Assembly: GCA_039190745.1 (NCBI GenBank)
Contig: JBCCXZ010000003.1
Location: 1-64,000, forward strand
From: Planctomycetota bacterium
Lineage (GTDB): Bacteria; Planctomycetota; Planctomycetia; Pirellulales; Lacipirellulaceae
Direction of reading: 5' to 3'
DNA length: 64,000 bases
This document shows positions 54,606 to 64,000 of the stretch, piece after piece. Below the pieces are notes generated by a model, which saw only the letters and a program-made list of their open reading frames with translations, was not told where the DNA came from and searched no databases. A program made the position numbers and the translations under genes. The first letter of the stretch is position 1. Each line of letters begins with the position of its first letter.

Positions 54606-56501
54606 TTAACGCTGATAAGAGACCGCGGCTGCCTCCTGGCATGCCTGAACGATGCCCTCTGGGCTCATGCCCATGTCGGCCAGCAGTTCTTCGCGTTCGC
54701 CGTGCTCGACGAAATGATCGGGGATGCCCAGCCTGCGGAGCCGGCTGGCGTCAACGCCCGCGTCGGCAGCGGCCTCAAGCACCGCAGAGCCGAAACCTCC
54801 GGCTAGGGCGGCTTCTTCGACTGTGAAGGTGAAGCCGCACTCTTCGATCGCTTTGAGGATTGTCTCTGCGTCAAGCGGCTTGATGAACCGAGCGTTGATG
54901 ACGCGGATCGATAGCCCCGATTCGGCGAGTGCATCGGCGGCCTCGACGCAGCGAGGCATCAGGGCGCCCGCGGCGATCAGGCAGCCATCGCTGCCTTCGT
55001 GGACCACCTCTGCTTTGCCGTGCTCAATCGGTTGTGCCGTTCGTTCAACGGTTGTCGCGCTGGCTTTCGGGTAGCGGATCGTGCAGGGGTGGTGCGAAGC
55101 CAGGGCGAAATCAAGCATCGCGGGAAGATCGGCGGCGTCGCCGGGCGCCATGACGACCATGTTGGGGAACACGCGGAGGTAGCCGAAATCGAACACGCCG
55201 TGGTGGGTGGGGCCGTCGGGCCCGGCCAGCCCGCCCCGGTCGAGCATGAACGTTACGGGCAGGTCTTGCAGCGCCACTTCTTGGAAGATGTGGTCGTAGG
55301 CCCGCTGCAGGAACGTGCTGTAGATATCGACGATCGGACGCATGCCGACCTTTGCCTGCCCCGCGGCAAAAGCCACGGTGTGGGCTTCGCAGATGCCGGT
55401 ATCGAAGAACCGATCTGGGAACTCGTCGCGGACGGCCTCGAGCTTGTTGCCTTGGCACATCGCGGCGGTGAGCACCGTGACCCGCTCGTCGGCCCGCATC
55501 CTCTCGGCGATCGCTGCTGAAGCAACGTGCGTGTAGGCCTTGGTCTTGCTCTTCTTCATTGCGACAACCCGGTTGTCGCTTCGTTCGAACATGGGCGGGG
55601 CGTGGAACAGCACGGGGTCTTCGGTCGCTGGCTGGAAGCCGTGCCCTTTTTCGGTAACGACGTGGAGCAGGACCGGCGACTCGCTGCGGCGGACCATCTT
55701 GAGATACTTCCGCAACAGGCCGATGTTGTGCCCGTCGATCGGGCCAATGTAGCGGAAGCCGAGGTCCTCGAAGATCATGCCGCCGCTGAGCCCGGCTTTG
55801 GCGGCTTCCTTCACCTGCGCGAGCAGCCGCTCGGTTGGGTCGCCGAGCAAGGGCACGTGGTTGAGCACCTTGACGATCTCGTCCTTGAGGCCCGTGTAGA
55901 GCGGGTTGCTGCGGAGCCGATCGAGGTAGTCGGCGACTCCGCCCACGCGGGGGCAGATCGACATCTTGTTGTCGTTGAGGATGACCGTGAAGCGGCCGCC
56001 CTGAGCCCGGGCGTTGTTCATCGCCTCGAAGACCACGCCCGACGGGAAGGCCCCGTCTCCGATTACCGCTACTGCGTGGCGGTCTTCCTCGGCTCGTAGC
56101 AGCGCGTCGCCGCTAGCCAGCCCGAGTACAGTCGAGACACTGGCCCCCGCGTGGCCGGTCATGAACAAGTCGTAATCGCTCTCGACCGGGTTGGGATAGC
56201 CCATCAGGCCGCCCTTAGTCCTTATCGACTGGAACTGGTCGTAACGCCCAGTCAGTAGTTTGTGTGGGTAGATCTGGTGGCCGGTGTCCCAGATGAGTCG
56301 GTCGCGTCGGAAGTCGAATACGTCGTGCAGGGCGATCGCGAGTTCAACCACCCCGAGATTCGACGCGAAGTGCGCGCTGCGGCAGGCGACCAGGCCGCAG
56401 AGCACGTCGCGGATTTCCGCGGCGAGCTGCTCCAATTCGTGCAGCTTCATCCCAGCGAGGTCTTCGGGGCCGTTGAGGCCCGACAGGATCTTGTGCTTCA
56501 C
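54606..56501 (-). CDS. dxs: 1-deoxy-D-xylulose-5-phosphate synthase
   Basis: NLGVVEL, WDTGHQIYPHK, GDGA...NDNKMSI, DGPTHHG. Confidence 0.97.
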   Translation of the reverse strand: MKHKILSGLNGPEDLAGMKLHELEQLAAEIRDVLCGLVACRSAHFASNLGVVELAIALHDVFDFRRDRLIWDTGHQIYPHKLLTGRYDQFQSIRTKGGLMGYPNPVESDYDLFMTGHAGASVSTVLGLASGDALLRAEEDRHAVAVIGDGAFPSGVVFEAMNNARAQGGRFTVILNDNKMSICPRVGGVADYLDRLRSNPLYTGLKDEIVKVLNHVPLLGDPTERLLAQVKEAAKAGLSGGMIFEDLGFRYIGPIDGHNIGLLRKYLKMVRRSESPVLLHVVTEKGHGFQPATEDPVLFHAPPMFERSDNRVVAMKKSKTKAYTHVASAAIAERMRADERVTVLTAAMCQGNKLEAVRDEFPDRFFDTGICEAHTVAFAAGQAKVGMRPIVDIYSTFLQRAYDHIFQEVALQDLPVTFMLDRGGLAGPDGPTHHGVFDFGYLRVFPNMVVMAPGDAADLPAMLDFALASHHPCTIRYPKASATTVERTAQPIEHGKAEVVHEGSDGCLIAAGALMPRCVEAADALAESGLSIRVINARFIKPLDAETILKAIEECGFTFTVEEAALAGGFGSAVLEAAADAGVDASRLRRLGIPDHFVEHGEREELLADMGMSPEGIVQACQEAAAVSYQR

Positions 56502-57403
56502 GAGTTCCTCGCAGCTACGAATCGAGCCGTCTCGATCAATGGTTCGGCGCGTTCGCCAAAATCAGCGAGCGCCGCCTCGGCGCGACCGATTAGGTCTTCA
56601 ACAAGCCTGCGACTCTCATCGACGCCGATCAAGTCGGGGTATGTAAGCTTGCCGCGATCGGAGTCTTTGCTGAGCCGTTTGCCGACGACGGACTCTTCCC
56701 CGCAGATGTCGAGCAGGTCGTCCACAACCTGGAACGCGAGCCCCAGGTCGGTCGCGTAGCGGTCCAGTGCTTCGAGCTGCGCCTCACCGGCGCCGGCTGT
56801 GAGGGCCCCGAGTCTGACGCTCGCTCGGAACAACGCCCCGGTTTTCCGGGCGTGGATCGCTTCGAGTGTCACGATTGTTGGCGGTAAATTCTCGGCGGAG
56901 AGGTCGTCCGCTTGGCCCCCGACGAGCGCCGCGGCGCCGGCGGCCTCAGCTAGGACCGCACAGCAGCTCGCCGCAGCCTCGGGTGGTTTGATTTCTTTTG
57001 CCATCAACTCGAAGGCGCGGGCTTGCAACGCGTCGCCGACCAGAATGGCCGTGGCCTCATCGAACTGGACGTGACAGGTAGGCCGCCCGCGGCGTAGGTC
57101 GTCGTTGTCCATCGCCGGGAGGTCGTCGTGCACCAAAGAGTAGGCGTGGATCATTTCAACCGCCGCCGCAGCAGGCAGGGCTTGTTGTGGATCTCCTCCA
57201 CACGCTTCGGCCGCCATCAGCACCAACCTCGGTCGGAGTCGCTTCCCAGGTCCAAGCAGGGCGTAACGGATTGCCTCCTCGAGTGGGGCAGGACAACCGG
57301 GTTGCGGGACAGCGTAACGCGCGAGTGCGTCATCGATCGCGGCGAGCCGCAAATCAGACGGGTGTGCGGCGTCTGCTGGAGCGCTGGTTACGGTCATGGG
57401 CAC
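56498..57403 (-). CDS. ispA: Polyprenyl (farnesyl) diphosphate synthase
   Basis: GKRLRP, SLVHDDLPAMDNDDLRRG, FQVVDDLLD. Confidence 0.95.
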   Translation of the reverse strand: MPMTVTSAPADAAHPSDLRLAAIDDALARYAVPQPGCPAPLEEAIRYALLGPGKRLRPRLVLMAAEACGGDPQQALPAAAAVEMIHAYSLVHDDLPAMDNDDLRRGRPTCHVQFDEATAILVGDALQARAFELMAKEIKPPEAAASCCAVLAEAAGAAALVGGQADDLSAENLPPTIVTLEAIHARKTGALFRASVRLGALTAGAGEAQLEALDRYATDLGLAFQVVDDLLDICGEESVVGKRLSKDSDRGKLTYPDLIGVDESRRLVEDLIGRAEAALADFGERAEPLIETARFVAARNS

Positions 57404-57524
57404 GTTTGCAACTGTTGTCTGCTGCGGTCTTTACAATGATTCTAACCGCCCGCTCCTCCCGAGGTAACCGCGGAGGACGCCACCCAGTCACAGCCAACGG
57501 CTTCCCATACAGCCGGCTGAACCT

Positions 57525-57866
57525 CTAGAAGAGCTCGGAGTCCTGCGATTCGTTCGCATCCGGGGCACTACGCCGTCGGGAACGCGCTGCTGACTTCCGC
57601 TCCAGAGGGGCGTCGCCATCGTCCGCAAAAGGTTCGGTAACGGGACGGCCGTCTTTGTCGACGCCGCTGACTTTCTCAATCCGACGCTCGGCTAGTTCGA
57701 GCTGCTCGTAGCAAGCCTTGAGGTGGCTAACCCCCTCTTCGTACTTCTGGAGCGAATCGGCCAGTGGCAGTCGCCCGCCTTCCAACCCGGCGACGATTTC
57801 CTCAAGCCGTTCGAGAGACTGCTCGAAAGTGAGTGGTTTCCTTTTTGCTGCCTTCTTCTTAGCCAA
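57525..57866 (-). CDS. xseB: Exodeoxyribonuclease VII small subunit
   Basis: TFEQSLERLEEIV...LADSLQKYEEG. Confidence 0.93.
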   Translation of the reverse strand: MAKKKAAKRKPLTFEQSLERLEEIVAGLEGGRLPLADSLQKYEEGVSHLKACYEQLELAERRIEKVSGVDKDGRPVTEPFADDGDAPLERKSAARSRRRSAPDANESQDSELF

Positions 57867-57884
57867 TTGTTGTGCTCTGGCGGG

Positions 57885-59105
57885 TTAAGGTTGTTGCGAG
57901 GCGACGATCGAGACCACTTCGCCACTGGCGAGCCTCGTGCGTAGACGATCGCCCTCGTGAAGCACGGATGCGTCGGTGACGGGCGGGCCGCCATCCGCCC
58001 TTTGAGTCAGGCTATAGCCGCGGCTCAGAACCGCCAAGGGGCTCAGTGCTTCGATCCGCCCCGCGATGCTCGCGACGCGGGCGGCTTCGGTCGTCAGTCG
58101 GGCGTTTGCGGCTGAGTGGAGGCGTGTTGAGGACTCGTCGATGCTGCGGGCGAGGAGGTGGATCGGGTCCATTGGCCGGGCGAACACAGGCCGTGTGGCG
58201 ATGGCGTCGAGCCGATCCGAGAGGATCGCTGTGCGAGTGCGGATGGCATCTCGCAGTCGATTGCCGAGCGATTCCACGCCGGCGGTGAACTCCTCGGACG
58301 AAGGCACCACACGCTCGGCGGCTTCGCTGGGCGTCAGCGCGCGGAGGTCGGCTGCGAGGTCGCTGAGAGTGACATCGATCTCGTGCCCGATTGCCGAGAC
58401 CGTTGGGATGCGTGACGACGCGACCGCGCGGACGGTTGCTTCCTCGTTGAAGGCCCAGAGGTCTTCGATGCTGCCGCCGCCGCGTGTGACCACGAGCACG
58501 TCGGGCTTCGGGGTAGTCTGATTGGCGATCCGGATCGCTTGGGCGACTTCTTCCGCCGAGCCTTCACCTTGCACGCGTGTGGGGTAGACGAGCACCTCGA
58601 CCCCTCTCCACCGGCGGCGGAGGACCTCCAGGAAGTCACGTATCGCGGCGCCGGTGGGGCTCGTCACGACCCCGATGCGGCGAGGGAAGCGGGGCAGCGT
58701 CCGCTTCCTATCGCCGTCGAACAGGCCCTCGGCCGCAAGCTTGGCTTGCAGCTTCTTGAGAGCGAGTTCGAGGGCCCCGACGCCACGCGGCTCCATCTTC
58801 TGCACCACAAGTTGGTAGCTCCCGCGGGGCGGGTAGAGGTCGAGCCGACCCTGGCACACGACTTCCAGGCCGTCGCGGAGGTCGAATGTGAGCTTCGCCG
58901 CGGTCGAACGCCACACGACGGCACGCAGTTGCGCGTCGTCGTCCTTGAGCGTGAGATAGCAGTGCCCCGATTGGGGACGCGAAAAGTTAGAAACCTCTCC
59001 GACGACCCAGACATTGGGGAAGCTGCTCTCGACCACCGTCTTGAGCCGAGCCGTCAGCTGGCTGATCGAAAGGGCAGAGTCGGCGCTGGAGATAGTTTCG
59101 GGCAA
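57885..59105 (-). CDS. xseA: Exodeoxyribonuclease VII large subunit
   Basis: SGHCYLTLKD, RGGGSIEDLWAFNEE, GHEID, TPSEAAE. Confidence 0.97.
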   Translation of the reverse strand: MPETISSADSALSISQLTARLKTVVESSFPNVWVVGEVSNFSRPQSGHCYLTLKDDDAQLRAVVWRSTAAKLTFDLRDGLEVVCQGRLDLYPPRGSYQLVVQKMEPRGVGALELALKKLQAKLAAEGLFDGDRKRTLPRFPRRIGVVTSPTGAAIRDFLEVLRRRWRGVEVLVYPTRVQGEGSAEEVAQAIRIANQTTPKPDVLVVTRGGGSIEDLWAFNEEATVRAVASSRIPTVSAIGHEIDVTLSDLAADLRALTPSEAAERVVPSSEEFTAGVESLGNRLRDAIRTRTAILSDRLDAIATRPVFARPMDPIHLLARSIDESSTRLHSAANARLTTEAARVASIAGRIEALSPLAVLSRGYSLTQRADGGPPVTDASVLHEGDRLRTRLASGEVVSIVASQQP

Positions 59106-59181
59106 GGCAGCGTTACTTGGCGTTGGTTTAGCAGGCTCGCCAAGTCTAACACGTTGCCTCGTCGAGAGAGAGACGCATCTA

Positions 59182-59970
59182 CTACGCCGCCTTGCGGCGA
59201 GCGATCTCGCACGGCTCGTAGTCTGCTAGCTCTTGGGCCGGGATAGCCGGCAGGGTCGGCAGCTCCGCTGGGCCTGGTAACCGACCCTCTCGTCGGCCTG
59301 CGACCGTGCCCTGGGGGGCGTCGCCGATCTCGGCCCATCCCTCGGCCTGCGAGGTAACTTGATTGAGCAACCTTTCCAGACTCTGCCTTGTCTGCTCGAG
59401 CTCAGTGCGATCAAGCTTGGCGTCGATCGAGACCGCCGGGCCCACTACGGCACGAGCCTGCGAGAAAAGGCGTGGCAGGGCGAAGCGGTCCCAACTCCGA
59501 AATCTCCACGGCCGCCGGTAACCGAAGCCCAACGGGACGATCGGCATGCCGAGTTTGGCGGCCAGATAGATCGGGCCCACCGCGAGCTTGCGACGCGGTC
59601 CGCGGGGGCCATCGGGGGTGATCGTGAGGTGCCGGTTCGAACCGGCTCGCGCCATCGAACGCAGAGCCGTCACCGACCCCCGGTAGGTTGAGCCTCGCAC
59701 CGAGTCAAAGCCCATCTGTTTCGCAACCCGAGCGAGCACATCGGCGTCGCGGTGTTGGCTGAGCAGCATGGTGAGGTCGCAATTCCCCCTGAGGTAAAGC
59801 GGCAGCAGGATGTACTCGTGCCAGAAGACGTACATCCGCGGCTGATCACAGCCCGTCTTGGGGTCGAGCGCCGGGTCGTGGTAGGCGATCCGGTAGCGGA
59901 GAGTCTTCATCCAAGAGCGGACCGAGACGGAGGCGGTAAGCCCGGCCGCGGAGAGTAGCATGTTGTTCAT
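59182..59970 (-). CDS. DUF374 lysophospholipid acyltransferase-family protein
   Basis: FWH, SQHRDA, RGS, ITPDGPRGP, SWDRF. Confidence 0.88.
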   Translation of the reverse strand: MNNMLLSAAGLTASVSVRSWMKTLRYRIAYHDPALDPKTGCDQPRMYVFWHEYILLPLYLRGNCDLTMLLSQHRDADVLARVAKQMGFDSVRGSTYRGSVTALRSMARAGSNRHLTITPDGPRGPRRKLAVGPIYLAAKLGMPIVPLGFGYRRPWRFRSWDRFALPRLFSQARAVVGPAVSIDAKLDRTELEQTRQSLERLLNQVTSQAEGWAEIGDAPQGTVAGRREGRLPGPAELPTLPAIPAQELADYEPCEIARRKAA

Positions 59971-60019
59971 CGAGCGTCCTTGCGCGAAAGGTCGTTTCGG
60001 GAGGCGACCGCTGGGCCGA

Positions 60020-60853
60020 TCAGTCCGGCCATTCTCCAGAAAAGACCTCCACTGCGGGGCCAGTCATATACACGTGATTGTCTTCGTGCCAATTCAGGCG
60101 TAACGTGCCGCCTGGTAGGTGAACGTCGATCGCACGTTCGGTCCGGCCGGTGAGCGCCCCAGCGACGCAGACCGCCGCGGCGCCGGTGCCGCAGGCAAGC
60201 GTCTCGCCCGACCCGCGCTCCCAAGTGCGCTGATTGACCGATGCGCGGTCGACGACCTTTACAAACTCGACGTTAGTCCGATTCGGGAAACGCGCGTCGT
60301 GCTCGATAGCCGGGCCTGTGACCTGCACGTCCTGGTCGGTAACGTCGGGCAGGAAAACGACGCAGTGCGGATTTCCCATCGACACGCAGGTGACCTTTAA
60401 CGAACGCTCACCCAGGACGAAAGGGGCGTCCACAACGGGGTTGCGTTCGATGGTGGTCGGGATTTCCGCCGGCGTCAGGGTGGGCTCGCCCATGTCGACG
60501 CGGACGCTCTCGACCTTTCCGTTTTGGGTCTCGACCCGCAAGTCGTAGGGCACTCCCGCCGAGACGATCGTGAGGCTTTCTTGCTGTGCAATGCCGTGGT
60601 CGTGCACGTACTTTGCGACACAACGGATGCCGTTGCCGCACATCTCCGACGGGCTGCCGTCTGCGTTGTACATCCGCATCTCGGCGTCGCCATCAGGGGT
60701 GGGTGCGATCAAGATGAGGCCGTCCCCGCCCACGCCGTAGTGGCGATCGGCGATCTGTTTGGCCAACGCGGAGGCGTCTTCAGGGAGCGGCTGGGCGAAG
60801 CAGTCGACGTAGACGTAATCGTTGCCGGCGCCGTGCATCTTCGTGAATTGCAT
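60020..60853 (-). CDS. dapF: Diaminopimelate epimerase
   Basis: FTKMHGAGNDY, EMCGNG, SMGNPH, ERGSGETLACGTG. Confidence 0.97.
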   Translation of the reverse strand: MQFTKMHGAGNDYVYVDCFAQPLPEDASALAKQIADRHYGVGGDGLILIAPTPDGDAEMRMYNADGSPSEMCGNGIRCVAKYVHDHGIAQQESLTIVSAGVPYDLRVETQNGKVESVRVDMGEPTLTPAEIPTTIERNPVVDAPFVLGERSLKVTCVSMGNPHCVVFLPDVTDQDVQVTGPAIEHDARFPNRTNVEFVKVVDRASVNQRTWERGSGETLACGTGAAAVCVAGALTGRTERAIDVHLPGGTLRLNWHEDNHVYMTGPAVEVFSGEWPD

Positions 60854-60876
60854 CCGTGATTCCCTCTACGCAGGAA

Positions 60877-61218
60877 CTAGCCGGTCAGGTCGAGCCCGTT
60901 TCCACAGTTGCCGGTTGGGTCTTTGGGGCGCGGGCGTTCGGCGGTTCGCTGTCCCGCAGCCTCTTCGTCTTCCTGGTTCTGCTCACCGTGGCCGGCGGGG
61001 TTTTCCCAGAGCCGTCGGCCGTCGGCGTCGCGGTCAGAGGACTGTTGGTCTTCCTCGGTCTGGCCAATGCCGGCCGCCTTGTCTGCTTGTTGGTCGGTGT
61101 CTGCTTTACGCTCTTGGGAACGGGCCTCTGAAGCGCGTTCTGGTTCGCTGCTGGCCTGCTGGGGCAGCGGAGCTCCCGCGGCACTGCCGACGACTCCGCT
61201 GAATGGACCGACACTCAT
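60877..61218 (-). CDS. Small hypothetical protein
   Basis: GGGAG RBS; DRDADGRRLWE and C-terminal GNGLDLTG. Confidence 0.7.
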   Translation of the reverse strand: MSVGPFSGVVGSAAGAPLPQQASSEPERASEARSQERKADTDQQADKAAGIGQTEEDQQSSDRDADGRRLWENPAGHGEQNQEDEEAAGQRTAERPRPKDPTGNCGNGLDLTG

Positions 61219-61266
61219 GATACGTCTCCCGGTGATGGGTGAGAACGGTGCTCCGAGGTGCGGCTG

Positions 61267-64000
61267 CTAACGTCGGCCGAAACGCGGTGAGGTCGGCAGG
61301 CTCCGGCCTGCGTTGCGCGGATCGGCGATCGCTGGTGCTTGGGCGTTGGTCTGGAATTGCTCGATCAGGTCGTAGAACCCCGGGAATGCCTGGGTGGCGA
61401 CCTGGGGATTGCTCACGGTACCGCTGACGTACATCCGGAGGATGCCCTGTCCGGGGCCGCCGAGGACGTTCGTCCAGAAAGGCAAGCGCCGGTCGTCTCG
61501 GCCAACCGTGCCGCGGAATTCGAGATTGAGCTGCTCGTCGAGGTTGGTGTAGCCGCTGCCGTACAGTTGGACCGCGTCGCCGAGGAAGTTGAGCTGCTCC
61601 AAGACGATGTGCTTGCCGGTCATGCGGAAGTTGGCGTCGACTTCGTTGAAGGCCGTGGCGTCTGGAGTTTTGCTGCGTAGCACCTTGAGCAGGCTAACGA
61701 GCAGGGGGAGTTCGTAGATATTGGCGTCTCGGACCTTGACCACTCCTTCGCCCCGGAGGGTCGTCAGGCTCGCACCGGTGCCCTTGAGATCAATCTCGGC
61801 GTCGACCTTGCCGACGTAGCTCTGCTGGCTCGAGAAGCGTTCGATCATCAGACGCTGGAGATCGACGCCGCGGCACTCGATCTCGCAGAGGTACTTTGGC
61901 GCGGACTGCAGCACCACCGTGCCACTGAGACCGACGCTACCCCCGTAGGAGGTTGCCAAGATAGGGCGGGGCGTCCGGCCGGGCCGGATGGCGTTGCGGC
62001 CGAGCCAACACGTGTTCGCGTCGACGACGAACGGCCCCGACACGCTGGTGAGCTGGGTGTCGCGGACGGTGACGGTTTCCAGGTTTAGTTCCCCGGCGGT
62101 GTATTGCTGCCGGCCGTGCTCGCCAAACAGGCGTACCGAACCGTGGCAGTTCCTGAGTTCTACGCCTGCAGTGATATTGGCTTGGTGACAGTCGAGCGAC
62201 ACGTCCCAGGATGAGATGACAGACGCACGCGGCCCAGCGGCCTTCGAAAAGCGGAGCACGCCGTTATGCAATCCGAAGCCACCACTTGGCCGCATTGAGT
62301 ACACAATCCTTCGCAGGGTCTCCGGGGAGGCGTCCAGTAAGTCGTCAGAAGGCGAGAGCCGGTCTGCGGTCAGGCCTTCGAGCTGAACAGACCACCGCCC
62401 GTCGGGGGCAAACTCGCAAAGGCCGTTGGTGCGGAATTTGGTCGGGCCGTGCGCGGCGCGGACTTCTTTGAGCTGCACAACGCCGTCGCTGTACTCGATG
62501 TTCCCCTCGACTCGACTGAAATCGTAAGGGAAGAAGTTAGGGCGGAACGACGCGGTTTCGGGGTTCGGCGAGACCGCAACACTGATGGTCGGTACGTGGA
62601 CGCCCGGGGGGCGACGGACGATCGCGGTGAAGTCGGCGTTGCCGCGAGGGTTCAGCTCGGCCCAAGCACGCCGCTCCGATTCTGGAAGTGCTCGCTGCAA
62701 ATCGCGGTCGAACGGTAGATTGCGCCCCTGGAAGTTCAACACCAGGTCGTGGCCGCCGGGGGTCTTGGTGAGCCTGCCGCTGCATTGAACAGCCTTGGCC
62801 CCGCTCGAAACGATGTCGCTGAACGTCCAGTTCCCGTCGACAGACGAGATAACCCCTGTCACTCCGGAGACCGGGTAGGGGAACTTCTCGTAATTGAGAG
62901 CCCCGTCGACGATCTCCAACCGCAAGCGGTGGGAGAATTTCCCGCCGGGTTCCGTCCGTTCGACTTGGCAGGCGACGTCCATTGTTCCGGAGGTGTGCAT
63001 CGACCGGATGACCTCACGGGCGTGTGCGTTCTGGATCGCATCCACCATGCGCGGCTCGACTTGTAGGCCGTTGCCGGTGATGTTGACGCCGCCGTAGGAA
63101 AGGGGGCCCGGGTTGAAGATCCGGCCCGCGATGCGAATCGGGCGTCCTCCCCCATACCCGGTAATATCAATATCCAGCAGGGGAGGCAGAGTCTCGTCGG
63201 GCTGGTGCAGGTGGAGGGTTCCGGCGCCGTCTTTCAGTCTGTAGGCGTACTTGTCTGACTCGAACGCGAGTTCGCTTCCCCGCAGAGTGATGTCGGGGCG
63301 GAGCCCGGTTCGATCGATCGTGATGTCTGCCGTAGCTTCGACCCTTCCCTCAGGTCGATACTTGTTCCACAGCTTCAGCAACTGATTGGGCAGAGAAGCC
63401 CGCAGGCGCTCGTCGAGCGGCAGTTGCTCGACCGCGGCACGGATCTCGATCGGCGCGTTGGAGGTCCACCCGTCTCGGCGGGCCGACAGTCGGACAGGGG
63501 CCGCACCGAGCATCCCGGTAGCGTTCTCAAGTTCTAGGCCGCTTGTCCGGCACGAAACGCGCCCCGCGATCGAGGTCATGTCACGGGGCAGTCTCGGGTG
63601 ACGGAGTTGCCCGTTTTCCACGGTCAGGCGCGCGATGGCCTGGGGAGGCTCGAACCCGAACAGCGCACCGTTGAATGAGAATTCCCCGTCAACACGGCCT
63701 CGAAAATCGGTCTCACCCATGCTGCCGCCGGCGTAGGACGCGAGCCAGCCGGAGAGTTCGTCGGAGACCTGCAGCGCCTCGAAACGACCTGCAAGCGTCG
63801 CTGAGAATTCGGCGGGGTTTATCACCGCGGCGAACTCGGCTCCCCGGAGATCGATCCCTGCGGTGAAACCAGAGACCTGGATAGCCCCGTCGCGCGGCGG
63901 AGCAGGCGCAGGCCCGGTGATTTCACAAAGTTGTGGAAACTGTTCGATCATCCGATGGACAGTGTCGCTCTCAACCGGGCTGACGCGGAAGCTGACGTCG
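61267..64000 (-). CDS. AsmA-like/TamB-like beta-taco protein, 5'-truncated by the window edge
   Basis: Frame open to position 64000; repetitive beta-strand pattern; C-terminal LYGSGYTNLDEQLNLEF...VSGTVSNPQV. Confidence 0.8.
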   Translation of the reverse strand, partial: DVSFRVSPVESDTVHRMIEQFPQLCEITGPAPAPPRDGAIQVSGFTAGIDLRGAEFAAVINPAEFSATLAGRFEALQVSDELSGWLASYAGGSMGETDFRGRVDGEFSFNGALFGFEPPQAIARLTVENGQLRHPRLPRDMTSIAGRVSCRTSGLELENATGMLGAAPVRLSARRDGWTSNAPIEIRAAVEQLPLDERLRASLPNQLLKLWNKYRPEGRVEATADITIDRTGLRPDITLRGSELAFESDKYAYRLKDGAGTLHLHQPDETLPPLLDIDITGYGGGRPIRIAGRIFNPGPLSYGGVNITGNGLQVEPRMVDAIQNAHAREVIRSMHTSGTMDVACQVERTEPGGKFSHRLRLEIVDGALNYEKFPYPVSGVTGVISSVDGNWTFSDIVSSGAKAVQCSGRLTKTPGGHDLVLNFQGRNLPFDRDLQRALPESERRAWAELNPRGNADFTAIVRRPPGVHVPTISVAVSPNPETASFRPNFFPYDFSRVEGNIEYSDGVVQLKEVRAAHGPTKFRTNGLCEFAPDGRWSVQLEGLTADRLSPSDDLLDASPETLRRIVYSMRPSGGFGLHNGVLRFSKAAGPRASVISSWDVSLDCHQANITAGVELRNCHGSVRLFGEHGRQQYTAGELNLETVTVRDTQLTSVSGPFVVDANTCWLGRNAIRPGRTPRPILATSYGGSVGLSGTVVLQSAPKYLCEIECRGVDLQRLMIERFSSQQSYVGKVDAEIDLKGTGASLTTLRGEGVVKVRDANIYELPLLVSLLKVLRSKTPDATAFNEVDANFRMTGKHIVLEQLNFLGDAVQLYGSGYTNLDEQLNLEFRGTVGRDDRRLPFWTNVLGGPGQGILRMYVSGTVSNPQVATQAFPGFYDLIEQFQTNAQAPAIADPRNAGRSLPTSPRFGRR

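Noticed and set aside
53675..59105. xseA-xseB-ispA-dxs-nadK cluster as novel
   Set aside because: A widely conserved housekeeping arrangement

Overview
High-GC bacterial DNA whose gene content (DUF1580-type HTH, PEP-CTERM protein, PQQ-type propeller, prenyltransferase-repeat protein) points to a Planctomycete, probably Pirellulales; the taxonomy is inference. Positions 1-16.5 kb are an integrative island at the 3' end of tRNA-Val(CAC). It carries a tyrosine integrase, an excisionase-like HTH, small unknown genes and the first three genes of a BREX type 2 (Pgl) anti-phage system (pglW, pglX, pglY); pglY runs to the left edge. The remainder looks like core chromosome: two tatA-family genes; a TPR-exbB-exbD operon ending in a TonB/TolA-like membrane protein with a terpene-cyclase-fold domain; BON and redoxin proteins; tRNA-Ile(GAT); a DUF4105 gene broken by one in-frame TAA; a cNMP-patatin; sugar kinases and pdxA; an EhpF-like ligase/ALDH/Fe-ADH operon interrupted by an inverted-repeat-flanked GxxExxY cassette; an ABC permease and two CNNM genes; and dapF/xseAB/ispA/dxs/nadK. 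The best candidates for undescribed biology are (1) the ExbBD-coupled terpene-cyclase-fold system, (2) the hairpin-flanked GxxExxY cassette, (3) the EhpF-like reductive operon with no phenazine genes nearby, and (4) several structured intergenic RNA candidates. All family calls come from motif recognition by eye; no searches were run.
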